A stretch of DNA of 64,000 nucleotides from an uncultured Bacteroidales bacterium (GTDB taxonomy: Bacteria; Bacteroidota; Bacteroidia; Bacteroidales; VadinHA17): assembly GCA_963825935.1 (NCBI GenBank), contig CAWGUN010000010.1, positions 135,752-199,751 of the forward strand, in the 5' to 3' direction. Every line of letters starts with the position of its first letter. Position 1 is the stretch's first letter. The notes beneath the pieces were generated by a model. The model saw only the letters and a program-made list of their open reading frames with translations. It was not told where the DNA came from and did not search any database. The position numbers were made by a program, and so were the translations under genes. This document shows, piece by piece, positions 1 to 10,417 of the stretch.

Positions 1-2
1 TT

Positions 3-191
3 CTGGTTGAAGATTTAGCCCGGATTTATGTTATGGTTGGCAAATATGATGAAGCTATAAAGCAAATAAAATATCTGCTCTCAGTTCCGGGATTTCTTTC
101 CACTAAAATCCTGGAGCTTGATCCGAGATGGGCGCCATTAAAAAATCAACCGGAGTTTAAAAAAATGATTGAAAGCTATTCCGGGAAATAA
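3..191 (+). CDS. 3' end of a TPR-containing protein (partial, runs off left edge)
   Basis: Open frame LVEDLARIYVMVGKYDEAIKQIKYLL...LELDPRWAPLKNQPEFKKMIESYSGK* ending TAA at 189-191; TPR-like helix and the 'LDPRWxPLR' tail typical of TolB-like/TPR proteins. Confidence 0.6.
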   Translation: MVEDLARIYVMVGKYDEAIKQIKYLLSVPGFLSTKILELDPRWAPLKNQPEFKKMIESYSGK

Positions 192-221
192 GTGATCAGC
201 TTACTCCCGGAAACTTGCCTT

Positions 222-1730
222 TTAAAGCTCCCATCCTTTGCGGTATTCTCTTCTAAGGTATTTATCTGATTCAGGAGAATTGGTAATTTTCATATTTACA
301 GTATCGTACTCAACCCGTTTCCCTGCCCTTAATGAAACTGCTCCAAGAAGAATAGTCTCCGTAACAGGTCCGGCATATAAAAAGCTTCCGGGTGATTGGG
401 TATTGTCTTTGAAAGAGTTTATCCAAACATCGTTTCTATCCTGGACTGACGGTTCCTTAATGACTTCATCCATAATAGTCATCTTATTATTGATGTACAG
501 TACAGGTTTTTCTCCCATGAATCCCGCGATTATTCTCCCCTTATCGCCTACGAACATCAATCCCTCTCTTTCCAGGGATGCTCCTGCAGAACTCAGCTCT
601 TCAGGAGCTGCAGGTTTCATACCTCCGTCGTACCAGAATAGATCAAACGCAGGCAGCTCTGCCATTGCAGGAAATTTGAATCGGATAATGCATGATAACG
701 GAAATGCAACATCATTCTTAACTCCGGTAGCAACATTATTACGAAGCGTACATGTCGTTGTTGCATAGGATTCAGCGCTGATAGCAGGTACATTTATCCC
801 AAGCGCCAGGAAAAGCGGAAAGAGACTGTAATGGCCCATGTCTGCAATACTTCCCCCACCAAAGTCGTACCAGCCGCGAAAAACTGCATGAGTATAATTT
901 GGGTGATACGGCCGGTCAGGAACAGGCCCGAGCCATAAATCCCAGTTAAAGTCCTTTGGAACAGGCGGAATATCTGTGGGATTGGCCTGCCATTGAGGCC
1001 ATACAGGTCTGTTGGACCAGTTGTGGATCTCCTTCAGTATACCAATCTTTCCTTCAAGGATCCACTTCCTGATTGTGTCATACTCCGGCCTCTTACTCCA
1101 GGCTAAAAGATGTGTGCTTAAACCTGTTTTTCTGGCTGTCTCAATTGTAAGTCGCGCCTCATACATCCGGTTTGCTATAGGCTTATGTGTAACAACGTGT
1201 TTCCCTTTATTTAATGATGCTATTGCAACAGCTGCGTGAAGATGATCAGGAGTCATGATCTTAATCGCATCCAGATCTTTCTCTTTTTCCAGCAGCTCAC
1301 GGAAATCCTCATAAGCAGCACATCCTTTGTATGTTCCGGAACTTTGCGATTTCCCGTAATACTTTTGGACTAATTCAAGGCCGATGTCCCTTCCTCCCGG
1401 AATACCACGTATATTTTCACCCCAGGAATTATCCCCTAATGCCGATCGTATATTGTCGCGTATACTGTTCTGAGACCAGTCTACATAATCTGTAGTAAAC
1501 TTGTTCGGATCGCAGACAGCAACTATCTGAAGTGCAGGATTTGAGATCAATGAAGCCATCTCTCTTAATCCCTGGGTGCCGCAACCGATATATCCCAGTG
1601 TAATTCTGTCACTTGGAGCTACAAAACCGTGTCCTCCCAAAGCCTGCCTCGGAACAAAAGTAAATGCCAGCGATGCAGCGGCAGCAGATCCAAGGAATTC
1701 ACGACGATTGATTTTTTTTGAACGTGCCAT
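222..1730 (-). CDS. Gfo/Idh/MocA family oxidoreductase, Tat-exported
   Basis: INRREFL twin-arginine signal; GYIGCGTQG Rossmann motif; TPDHLH, HKPIA and GSIADMGHY motifs. Confidence 0.9.
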   Translation of the reverse strand: MARSKKINRREFLGSAAAASLAFTFVPRQALGGHGFVAPSDRITLGYIGCGTQGLREMASLISNPALQIVAVCDPNKFTTDYVDWSQNSIRDNIRSALGDNSWGENIRGIPGGRDIGLELVQKYYGKSQSSGTYKGCAAYEDFRELLEKEKDLDAIKIMTPDHLHAAVAIASLNKGKHVVTHKPIANRMYEARLTIETARKTGLSTHLLAWSKRPEYDTIRKWILEGKIGILKEIHNWSNRPVWPQWQANPTDIPPVPKDFNWDLWLGPVPDRPYHPNYTHAVFRGWYDFGGGSIADMGHYSLFPLFLALGINVPAISAESYATTTCTLRNNVATGVKNDVAFPLSCIIRFKFPAMAELPAFDLFWYDGGMKPAAPEELSSAGASLEREGLMFVGDKGRIIAGFMGEKPVLYINNKMTIMDEVIKEPSVQDRNDVWINSFKDNTQSPGSFLYAGPVTETILLGAVSLRAGKRVEYDTVNMKITNSPESDKYLRREYRKGWEL

Positions 1731-1759
1731 TTTTTACAATTTTATATGATTGTACTAAC

Positions 1760-2635
1760 TTAAAATGATAGATTATGAATGTAAGCTGCACTCTCTTTAA
1801 ATGTTTCAGGTTCCATCTCCACAAAGATGTTTTTCACTCCGCCCGTTTTGGCAGCGGTAAAAAATTCCTTCCAGTCGACAATACCCTTACCGACCGGTAC
1901 TGCTTTCTTTTCAACTGGTGACCAGTCGGCCAGATGAGCAGAAATAAACCTGCCGGGGTATTTTGTAAAATATGTCGACGCTTTATATCCCAGACTGATC
2001 ACTGCTACCTGAAATTGCATTTTGATGCATGCAGGATCAAATTTGTCCATCAGCTCATCATAGATAAGTCTTCCGTCCAGCTGACCGAATTCCATGTGAT
2101 GATTATGGTAGCCAAGCTGTATCCCTGCTTTTTGCGTCCGGACTCCCATTTTATTCAATTCATCAGCAGCTTTTAACCAGTCGCTCATTGAAGCTGCTTG
2201 CGGCAGTCCGAAACTTGAGAGGATCATCTGTGTCTGGCCCGATTCCAGCGCAAATTCAATACGTTCATCCAGATGGTCTCTGAGTTCACTCATTCCATAA
2301 TGCGAGCTCCTGCAGATAAGTCCGGCATCCGTGATAATCTGCTTCATCTCCCTGGCCTTCAAATTCATAAGGGGACCAAAACCCGAAGACTCATATCCCG
2401 GAGGGGAGCACATTTCAACACTTTGATATCCCAGCCCTGCCATCATTTTTAACGTCCCCGGAAAATCTTTGACAAGCTGATCCTTCACGGTCCACACCTG
2501 GAATCCGACCGGCATTTTAACGGATTTATAAATCGTACCTGCATTAAGGTCTGATGAAATCGCTGGAGCCATGACCGCTGCTCCTATTCCCATGACGCTT
2601 CTGCTTAAAAACTTTCTTCTTGATAGTTTATTCAT
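1760..2635 (-). CDS. Sugar phosphate isomerase/epimerase (xylose-isomerase-like TIM barrel), Tat-exported
   Basis: LSRRKFL signal; GYHNHHMEF, HLAD and VGKGIVDW...FVEME motifs. Confidence 0.85.
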   Translation of the reverse strand: MNKLSRRKFLSRSVMGIGAAVMAPAISSDLNAGTIYKSVKMPVGFQVWTVKDQLVKDFPGTLKMMAGLGYQSVEMCSPPGYESSGFGPLMNLKAREMKQIITDAGLICRSSHYGMSELRDHLDERIEFALESGQTQMILSSFGLPQAASMSDWLKAADELNKMGVRTQKAGIQLGYHNHHMEFGQLDGRLIYDELMDKFDPACIKMQFQVAVISLGYKASTYFTKYPGRFISAHLADWSPVEKKAVPVGKGIVDWKEFFTAAKTGGVKNIFVEMEPETFKESAAYIHNLSF

Positions 2636-2813
2636 AATGGTAATATTTTATAATATCTACATTAAAGATATCGTAATTAAAAGATGCTTGCTTCTAAAGT
2701 ACTAATTTATACATTGGATGTCAAGCAAATTATAAAGAAAATGGGAATCTTAAAGATTTTAGGAAAAGGCAAAGAAAAAAGGTTATAAATTTACTGCAAG
2801 TAAATATTGGTAA

Positions 2814-3173
2814 ATGATTAAAATAAGAAGAATATATGACTCTGAAGAAACCGGGGAACATTACAAAGTATTCATTGACCGGCTTTGGCCAAGAGGAATT
2901 TCAAAGGAGAAAGCAGGATGGGATGAATGGATAAAAGATATATCTCCCAGTAACGAACTTCGTAAATGGTACAACCATGACCCTGAAAAGTGGATGGAAT
3001 TTAAGAGACTCTACAAAAATGAATTAATTGAGAAACAAAACGAACTGAAAAAGCTAAAACAGCTGGAAATAAAACACGGAACCCTGACGCTGCTTTATTC
3101 ATCCAGAGTAGAGAAATATAACAATGCCGTTGCTTTGAAAGAATTTCTAATGGAGCTGGATACTTATCGCTAA
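2814..3173 (+). CDS. DUF488 family protein (YeaO-like)
   Basis: IKIRRIY...FIDRLWPRGISKE...ISPSNELRKWYNHDP...LTLLYSS...NNAVAL signature; overlaps the convergent norB stop by 4 bp. Confidence 0.9.
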   Translation: MIKIRRIYDSEETGEHYKVFIDRLWPRGISKEKAGWDEWIKDISPSNELRKWYNHDPEKWMEFKRLYKNELIEKQNELKKLKQLEIKHGTLTLLYSSRVEKYNNAVALKEFLMELDTYR

Positions 3174-5428
3174 TATAATTTTTTTGTTTTATCAATCGAC
3201 CAGCCTGTTTTTAAACCGATCACAAATAATGCCAGAAAAACTGTTCCTGAAGCGAATACAGAATCTCCTATAATCCTCATCCATCTTAAAGTCTGAAGTG
3301 TTGAATCCTGCATAAATTCGTACGAACGGGCATACCACATTCCATGTTTTATGCTTGCAATGGTTTGTAAAACTCCAACAGGAAGAAGACTTATAAGGAT
3401 CATCAACATTAATCCGGCATTTATCGACCAGAATGCGATGCTTAATAATTTTGTTTTCCATACAAACTTGATAGTAAGGCCTTTTACCACAAAGAGCATA
3501 AGTCCTATTCCAAGATTACCAAAAACACCAAAAAGCGCTGCATGACCATGAAGAGGAGTTGTATTCAGACCCTGCATATAGTACAATGCAATTGGCGGAT
3601 TTATAAGGAAGCCAAATAATCCTGCACCTACAAGATTCCAGAAACTTACCGAGATGATGAAATAGATAGGCCATTTGTATGATTTTACCCATGCTGTAGC
3701 CCTGCTAAGCTGCAGGTTATGATAAGCTTCAAATCCCATGAAAACCAGAGGAACTACTTCGAGAGCACTAAAAGATGCACCAAGTGCAATTATAGCGGTA
3801 GGAGTTCCTGCAAAATAAAGATGATGGAATGTTCCTATTACACCTCCAGCCATATAAACTATGGTAGCAAAAAGAACTCCGGTAGTGGCATATTTTATGT
3901 TCAGCAATCCCATTCTTACAAACAGGAAAGCAGCAATAACTGTAGCAAATACTTCGAAGAAACCTTCGACCCAGAGATGGACCACCCACCATCGCCAGTA
4001 TTCTGCTATGGATAAATGTGTCTGCCTTCCCCACATCAGTCCTGCACCATAAAAACCTGCAATTGCGACCGAGGCTATTACAAACAATATCAATAACTGA
4101 CGGCTTTCAGATGGTTTGGTAAGTGCAGGCCATAATGCACGGAACATCAAAAAGAGCCAGATAATAAAACCTGCAAAAAGAAATATCTGCCAGAATCTGC
4201 CAAGATCAACATATTCATAGCCCTGGTGACCAAACCAAAAATTCTGAACCAATCCGAGTTTCTGCATTACCCCCATCCATTCACCTGCAATTGAACCGAT
4301 TACAATTACAAGGAGAGCAACGAATAGTACATTTACTCCCAACCGCTGGTACTTTGGTTCAATTCCCGAAACTGCCGGAGCAATATAAAGTCCGGCTGCC
4401 AGCCATGAAGTTGCTATCCAGAAAAGAGCAAGCTGAACATGCCAGGTTCTCGAAACTGAATAGGGGAGTAAATTATCCAGCTTCAGTCCATAAAAACCAT
4501 TTCCTTCAACCCCGTAATGAGCTGTTATAACTCCAAACAGAATCTGCACAAGGATCAATCCAACCACAACCCAGTAATATTTCAGAACTGCTTTCATTGA
4601 GGGGGTAGGATTAAGTCCTCCTAGCGGGTCATTCTGAGGTAGCAGTGATTTATCAAGAACATCCGACCGGTTTCTTGCATTATAATATGCGAGCAATCCA
4701 ATACCAACAAGCAACATTATAACACTGAAACCTGTCCAAAGCACAATTCCTGCTGATGGTGTATTGCCAATGACCTGATCAGGAGGCCAGTTGTTTGTAT
4801 ATGTGATTTCTGACCCCGGTCTTTCTGTTATACATGCCCATGCAGCCCAGAAGAAAAATGCATTCATAAGCTGCATGCGGTCCGGATCTTTAATTGAATT
4901 TACTGGAATGGCATAGGATGTTCTTTCCTTATCAAGAGAGGGATCGTCCGTAAAAAGTCCTCTGTAATGATTGCTGTTACTTCTGATCGCCTCTGCTCTT
5001 TCGTCTGAAACAGTAAGTATTCCTGTTTTACTATTGTATGTGTTTTTCCGTAAAGCTTTTTGAAGTCTTACTTTCAGCATAGCCTGCTGCTCTGCATTCA
5101 GATTATCAAATGACAAACCAAATTCTTTTTGTGACCATCTGTCAAGCAAAAAGAGAGTCTCTTTATGCAGCCAGTCAGCTGACCAGTCAGGAGCCACATA
5201 TGCACCATGTCCCCATACAGTACCAATTTCCTGCCCGCCAATTGACTGCCAGACATTCTGACCGTCCCTGATCTGTTGTGAAGTAAACAGCACAACACCA
5301 CTTTCGGAAATTACTTTTTCAGGTATCGGTGGTTTTTCTCTGTAAATTTCATGTCCGAAAAACCCAAGAACTGTAAAACAGACCAGGGTAATAATCGCAA
5401 ATCCAATCCAGAGCGTTTTTGTTTTCAT
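3170..5428 (-). CDS. norB: Quinol-dependent nitric oxide reductase (qNOR, single-subunit NorB/NorZ)
   Basis: GHGAYVAPDWSADWLH N-terminal domain; RTWHVQL, WRWWVVHLWVEGFFE, GTFHHLY and HGHAALFG heme/FeB ligand motifs; 752 aa. Confidence 0.95.
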   Translation of the reverse strand: MKTKTLWIGFAIITLVCFTVLGFFGHEIYREKPPIPEKVISESGVVLFTSQQIRDGQNVWQSIGGQEIGTVWGHGAYVAPDWSADWLHKETLFLLDRWSQKEFGLSFDNLNAEQQAMLKVRLQKALRKNTYNSKTGILTVSDERAEAIRSNSNHYRGLFTDDPSLDKERTSYAIPVNSIKDPDRMQLMNAFFFWAAWACITERPGSEITYTNNWPPDQVIGNTPSAGIVLWTGFSVIMLLVGIGLLAYYNARNRSDVLDKSLLPQNDPLGGLNPTPSMKAVLKYYWVVVGLILVQILFGVITAHYGVEGNGFYGLKLDNLLPYSVSRTWHVQLALFWIATSWLAAGLYIAPAVSGIEPKYQRLGVNVLFVALLVIVIGSIAGEWMGVMQKLGLVQNFWFGHQGYEYVDLGRFWQIFLFAGFIIWLFLMFRALWPALTKPSESRQLLILFVIASVAIAGFYGAGLMWGRQTHLSIAEYWRWWVVHLWVEGFFEVFATVIAAFLFVRMGLLNIKYATTGVLFATIVYMAGGVIGTFHHLYFAGTPTAIIALGASFSALEVVPLVFMGFEAYHNLQLSRATAWVKSYKWPIYFIISVSFWNLVGAGLFGFLINPPIALYYMQGLNTTPLHGHAALFGVFGNLGIGLMLFVVKGLTIKFVWKTKLLSIAFWSINAGLMLMILISLLPVGVLQTIASIKHGMWYARSYEFMQDSTLQTLRWMRIIGDSVFASGTVFLALFVIGLKTGWSIDKTKKLY

Positions 5429-5649
5429 AAATAGCAGAATTAGAGTTGAATTTCAGTTCAGGCAATTGATACACTAATATATAAAATTAGTCAATACTCT
5501 TTTCCCAGGATATTTATTTTTAATATGAGTATCAGGAATCACAACCAAAAGTCCATTGATTTTCAACCGATTTGTAATTTCTTGTTCATGCTTGCCGATA
5601 TTCATATAACTTATAGTGCATGCAGGGCTGTGGCATTACAGCTATAAAA

Positions 5650-5685
5650 CGTAAATCCCGCAATATCAATGATCTGCGGGATTTC
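5650..5685. repeat. Hairpin AAATCCCGCA-N12-TGCGGGATTT; a related copy lies at 22068-22104
   Basis: Perfect 10-bp inverted repeat 5653-5662/5675-5684; 27/31 identical to 22068-22098. Confidence 0.7.
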
Positions 5686-5726
5686 GTCTTTTAGAAGGTA
5701 ACGCCTGGGGGTGTGGAAAAAGTTCT

Positions 5727-5840
5727 TTTTAACCGCAAAGCACACAAAGCAGGCGCAAAGTACGCAAAGTTAAAGCAATGTATTTCAGCTCTTTGCGATC
5801 TTAGCGTAATTCTTTGCGACCTTTGCGGTTAATGGATTTT
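5727..5840. repeat. REP-like palindromic element, family A (AACCGCAAAG...CTTTGCGGTT with internal CGCAAAG units), copy 1
   Basis: Terminal TTAACCGCAAAG/CTTTGCGGTTAA inverted repeat; close match to the reverse complement of 49979-50090. Confidence 0.85.
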
Positions 5841-5876
5841 GGCTTTTTCAACAGCTCCGGAAGGCAGGGGACTTGT

Positions 5877-6887
5877 TTATTCTCTCTTTATTATTTGTTC
5901 TTCTACGATTTTAAGTCCAAATGGTAATTCACCTGATTTGAGGATGTTGACAAGATCGTTCGCTTCTTCGATAGTAAAATCTCCGGTAATTTCGGTATTT
6001 CCTCCTGAAATTTCAGACATGACCCTCGGGTAGGATCTGACATAGCCGTCAAGAACAACTGCTATGCATCGTTTAATATTTTCACGTGTTATACCGGCCC
6101 ATGTACTTGTCCCTTCAGCATTCATGGTCAGGTCGATCTTAACATCTGATTTAGAAGGTCCTGTAACAGGTTTGGCTGAAATAATTATACTCCCGTCAAG
6201 AGGAGCTTTACCATCCTGAGTTGTCACTTTGATTGCGTGGAGTTCATATAAAGTTTTTGAAGGATCATATTTATATGGATTCCGGCTCCACATTAACTTA
6301 AGTTCACGAGGCAACAAAGCTTTTATCTCTGGCATTTGCATATATCTGTTAACAGTCGCTGTATCCTTTCCGCTGGCAAGCCCTATCATGCATGAAGGTA
6401 ATGGCTCACCCTGGGCAGTTACCCTGGGTTTTAGAATTCCAAGCAATGGATTTTGAGCGATAAATTCATCCTGTGTATTAGCATTTTTAACGTCAGGAAC
6501 ACTCTTCATTTCTCTCAGCAGATTGTTTGCTTTCGACAGATATCCCATGATTTCCGAATTCTCATAAGTTTCCCAGAATTCTAATCTTGCATAGCCAGTT
6601 ATTATTTCTTTAATTGAGGCTATTTTGCCAGTGTCAGCTTTGGAAATAGTTAATGAAATCTGATTCTCAGTAACATCAAGTTTCATACTTTCCTGCGGGA
6701 TACCAAAAGAGTTAGTCAGCCTCTTACTAATTATCTCAGCGGCCGTATTCATGTCATTTAGTTTTATTACAGAACTTTTTAATTCAGGTACAACTGTAAC
6801 TTTAAAATCAAAGTTTTTCTTCGGCGTACATCCTCCGAATAAAAATGCTGCAATGATGATGGCAACAATAATAAAATGTGTTTTCAT
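5877..6887 (-). CDS. Lipoprotein consisting of a SecD/SecDF periplasmic (P1) domain without the transmembrane domain
   Basis: Lipobox FGGC; ARLEFWETYENSE, LYELHAIK...GKAPLDGS, MNAEG..WA.IT..NI.RCIAVVLDGYVRSYPRV..EISGG..EITGDFT.EEA.DL.NILKSGELP match Bacteroidetes SecDF P1; ORF ends where TM2 would begin. Confidence 0.8.
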   Translation of the reverse strand: MKTHFIIVAIIIAAFLFGGCTPKKNFDFKVTVVPELKSSVIKLNDMNTAAEIISKRLTNSFGIPQESMKLDVTENQISLTISKADTGKIASIKEIITGYARLEFWETYENSEIMGYLSKANNLLREMKSVPDVKNANTQDEFIAQNPLLGILKPRVTAQGEPLPSCMIGLASGKDTATVNRYMQMPEIKALLPRELKLMWSRNPYKYDPSKTLYELHAIKVTTQDGKAPLDGSIIISAKPVTGPSKSDVKIDLTMNAEGTSTWAGITRENIKRCIAVVLDGYVRSYPRVMSEISGGNTEITGDFTIEEANDLVNILKSGELPFGLKIVEEQIIKRE

Positions 6888-6960
6888 AAAAATAAGTTTT
6901 AAGTTAAATAATTATCACCTCCCCGGACGGGGGATGAAAATAACAAACATGGTAAGGAAT

Positions 6961-7350
6961 TTAACTTAAAACTGGCAAATCTTCTGTATCTCTATGGCGG
7001 TAATGATAGTAAAATCCGGGAGGTTTAATTAGAATAATCGATAATTCAGCTTTTTGAAGATTAATAATTCTTTGATTAATTAATCTGTTGTCTTTTAATA
7101 ATTTGATGTGTTCACTGAAAAGCTTGAGATTCGAATTATCATATTGAGGCAACAAGATTTTATTTAACGAGGGTTGTTGAATTTTGTTTAAAACTAAAGC
7201 ATTGGAAGATACTGAAGAGAGTTCATGATAATAAACTCTGACCGGAGGTTTAATTAAAACCTCGTAGAAAGCAAAAGCACAAAGGAAGAATAGAAATAAA
7301 AAAATAGAGGGCCCTAAGTAATTGATTTTATGTTTCTTTTGCAAAAGCAT
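6961..7350 (-). CDS. Hypothetical protein with one N-terminal TM helix
   Basis: 129-aa ORF, hydrophobic segment IFLFLFFLCAFAFY; TACATTTG -7 box immediately upstream; low confidence. Confidence 0.4.
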   Translation of the reverse strand: MLLQKKHKINYLGPSIFLFLFFLCAFAFYEVLIKPPVRVYYHELSSVSSNALVLNKIQQPSLNKILLPQYDNSNLKLFSEHIKLLKDNRLINQRIINLQKAELSIILIKPPGFYYHYRHRDTEDLPVLS

Positions 7351-7551
7351 ATAACAAATGTAAGCAATTTTTTAATACTCAACTTATCATAGTCTCAGTA
7401 TTTATTCCTTGTAAAGAACATTATCTCCTGAAATTACCGATTAATTTTAAATTGATTTATTTGTTGAGCTGTCGGGAAACATTATACTTTTATGTTTGAT
7501 TAACCTGAAGGGATCAAATTATTTGAAATTCGCTTTAATAAAGTTTAATCT

Positions 7552-8460
7552 ATGGCTCATTTTTCATATTCATTTATTGACATTTTATTGAGTAGTGTTC
7601 TTGCCTTAATAATGTTTGGCGTTGGTTTGTCTTTAACTTCAAGCAATTTTAAGACCCTTTTTATATTTCCTAAACCTTTATTTATTGGTTTAGCTTCTCA
7701 AATTTTAGCTTTACCCATTATTGCATTTATAATATCTTATTTTTCAAATATGTCTCTTCCTTTTAAAGTTGGATTGATAATTCTTGCTTCTTGTCCGGGG
7801 GGCACAACATCAGGGATTCTGACTTATTTCTTTAAAGGTAACGTTGCCCTGTCCGTCACCTTTACTGCAATTAATAGTATAATAACCTTATTCACCATAC
7901 CATTATTAGTAAATTTAAGCTTGTTGTTTTATTATGGTCAATCGACTGATATACATCTTTCTTATCTGGAAACGATAATTCAGATTTTTTCCGTTACAAT
8001 CATACCTGCAGGAATAGGCGTCTTAATCAGAACTTACAGACCCGGATTTGCACAAAAGGCTCAACGCCCTGTAAAATTTCTGTTAATAGTTGCCCTAGCC
8101 ATAATTTTTATAATATATTTTTTTGCCGGCAGAGAATCAGGGGGTACAGGAATTACAACAAAGGAAATATTGAATATTTTACCTTATGCTCTATTATTGA
8201 ATATATTATGTATGGCCTGGGGATTTTTTTTAGGGACAGTTACCAAACTTGGAACTAGAAACTCATATACGATAGGAATTGAAGCATCTGTACATAATAC
8301 GACTTTAGCTTTTCTTGTTGCCGGGACCCTACTGCATAATCAGGATATGGTAAAGCCTTCATTGATATATGCTATGTTTTCTTTTTGGACAGCAATAATT
8401 TACAGTTACATAATTAAAAAAGGCAATAAATTAGATATTTTCTCTGATTTTAAATCTTAA
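7552..8460 (+). CDS. Bile acid:sodium symporter (BASS/SBF) family transporter
   Basis: IMFGVGLSLT, SCPGGTTS, GNVALSV and TIGIEASVHNTTLA motifs; multiple TM helices; visibly AT-rich. Confidence 0.9.
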   Translation: MAHFSYSFIDILLSSVLALIMFGVGLSLTSSNFKTLFIFPKPLFIGLASQILALPIIAFIISYFSNMSLPFKVGLIILASCPGGTTSGILTYFFKGNVALSVTFTAINSIITLFTIPLLVNLSLLFYYGQSTDIHLSYLETIIQIFSVTIIPAGIGVLIRTYRPGFAQKAQRPVKFLLIVALAIIFIIYFFAGRESGGTGITTKEILNILPYALLLNILCMAWGFFLGTVTKLGTRNSYTIGIEASVHNTTLAFLVAGTLLHNQDMVKPSLIYAMFSFWTAIIYSYIIKKGNKLDIFSDFKS

Positions 8461-8566
8461 AAAAAACCAGTGCCTGTGTCAGATGGGAACTTAATTTCAC
8501 AAACGTCATCATTATTCAGATATTGACTCATTTCCAGCCATCAGGCCTTAACACGGAGCAGAAAAC

Positions 8567-10417
8567 CTAAATACTGAATCCGATAATAAGGACGTCATCT
8601 ATCTGGACAGAATCTCCTTTCCAGTCAATAAAATGTTTTTCAAGCTTTTGTTTTTGTTTCTGCAATGGGAATTTATGGATTTCAACCAGAAGGGTTTTCA
8701 AAGAACAATACATAAATTTTTTATGGTTAGGTCCTCCAAACTGATCAGCATAACCATCTGAAAACATATAGATTAAATCTCCAGGTCTGGATGGAATATT
8801 CTGGCTTGCAAAATCTTTTTCTGGCATTTCAAAGATTCCAATTGGCATCCGGTCAGCACGATATTCTATTAATTCACCTTCGCGGATAAGGTAGAGGTTA
8901 TTATAGGCACCCGAATATTGAATTATTTTTTTCGTACTGTCAATAACGCAAAGGGAAATATCCATACCATCTTTTGCTTCCTCACAGGTGCCCTTTTGAT
9001 GAAGCGCCCGCTGAATCTCTTTCCTGAGCTCATTCAATATCTGTCCTGATTCCGTGATTCCGCGTCTATTTACAATTTCCTCAAGGAATGAGATTCCCAG
9101 CATGCTCATTAATGCTCCCGGGACACCATGGCCGGTACAATCACCTGCAACTATAATGAGTTTGTCACCTTTTCTGTTGAACCAGTAAAAATCGCCACTG
9201 ACAATATCTTTTGGAATGTACAGGATGAAACATTTATTGTACAATCCTTTTATCTCTTTTAGGTCAGGGAGGATTGCATTCTGTATACGGTTTGCATAAT
9301 TGATGCTGGCAGTTATATCTCTGTTTTTTTCTTCAATAATGTCGTATGCTTGTTTCAGCTCCACATGTCTCAGACGGTATATCTCTTTCTCCTGTTCAGA
9401 TTTTTCAATTGCGTGCGCAACTTCTATATTGCTTAACCTGCTACGGGTCTCACTGCTCTGGTATAATTCTTTTGTTTTAAGGAATAACTTATAGCTTTTA
9501 AGAGCTTTAACCGGTTGTCCCGACAATTCATAATGATAAGCGAGAGCTGAATGTACTTCAGCTTCAAGAGCAAGTGATTTAAGATCACGTGCCATCCGCA
9601 GGGACTCTGTAAGCCTGGCTTCAGCTTTTTCCTCTTCTCCTGTCTGGTTATAAACACGTCCAGAGCCAAGAAGGCATTGAAGTGTGCATCTTTTATCACC
9701 TCCATCGGTACCTCTTTCATAATAGTCAAGAGATTCCGGATACATCTTCATATCCTCATAGGTATTGGCTATGCCCAGAAGGGTCCATGGTATTGCAGAG
9801 ATCTGCTTGTTCCTGCTCCTGATTTCAAGGCTGCGAAAATAATATTCCAGGGACTCTTCATATTTATTCGTCTGTCGTAATACCATTCCTATCCTGTTGA
9901 AAGACGAAGCAATGGCATTTTCATCTCCAAGTTCTTCCCTGATTTTCAGACCTTTATTGAAATATTCGAGTGCTTTCCCGCAATCTCCCAATCGTGAATA
10001 AATAAGACCAAGCTGGCTGCATGATTCACCTTCAGATTCAATATCTTTAGTTTCCTTCGAAATTTTATAAGCTTCAAGCCAAAGCGAAAGAGTCTTTTCA
10101 TAATCGCCGAAACTTTCAAAGATATTACCTTTCAGAAGGAGGGCTCTTGCGAAACCTGCTTCATTTTTATTCTTTATGAACCATTGATTAGCTTCGGTAA
10201 GGCATTTTAATGCAAAATCATTTTTGGACTGCAGAAAATTTGCAGCAGCAATAATAAGCTTTGAATAGGCTTTTCCTTTTGAATAGTCAAATTTTTCGGA
10301 TCTTGAAAGATTTCTGGCCGCTTCATTTGCAACAGATTTGGAATTATCAAATCGATTGACCCATAACCTGTCATTAATTTTATCAATTCTGGATTCTTCA
10401 ATACCCTGTTTCTCCAT
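8567..10417 (-). CDS. TPR-repeat protein with C-terminal SpoIIE/PP2C (RsbU-like) phosphatase
   Basis: Tandem TPRs (e.g. LGLIYSRLGDCGKALEYFNKGL); PKDIVSGDFYW, AGDCTGHGVPGALMSM, DGMDISL, SDGYADQFGG, QIDDVLIIG; no TM; start placed at ATG 10417 (GTG at 10423 possible). Confidence 0.9.
   Translation of the reverse strand: MEKQGIEESRIDKINDRLWVNRFDNSKSVANEAARNLSRSEKFDYSKGKAYSKLIIAAANFLQSKNDFALKCLTEANQWFIKNKNEAGFARALLLKGNIFESFGDYEKTLSLWLEAYKISKETKDIESEGESCSQLGLIYSRLGDCGKALEYFNKGLKIREELGDENAIASSFNRIGMVLRQTNKYEESLEYYFRSLEIRSRNKQISAIPWTLLGIANTYEDMKMYPESLDYYERGTDGGDKRCTLQCLLGSGRVYNQTGEEEKAEARLTESLRMARDLKSLALEAEVHSALAYHYELSGQPVKALKSYKLFLKTKELYQSSETRSRLSNIEVAHAIEKSEQEKEIYRLRHVELKQAYDIIEEKNRDITASINYANRIQNAILPDLKEIKGLYNKCFILYIPKDIVSGDFYWFNRKGDKLIIVAGDCTGHGVPGALMSMLGISFLEEIVNRRGITESGQILNELRKEIQRALHQKGTCEEAKDGMDISLCVIDSTKKIIQYSGAYNNLYLIREGELIEYRADRMPIGIFEMPEKDFASQNIPSRPGDLIYMFSDGYADQFGGPNHKKFMYCSLKTLLVEIHKFPLQKQKQKLEKHFIDWKGDSVQIDDVLIIGFSI

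Noticed and set aside
3170-5428. Nitric oxide dismutase (Nod) instead of qNOR
   Set aside because: Canonical HLWVEGFFE and GTFHHLY ligand motifs are intact
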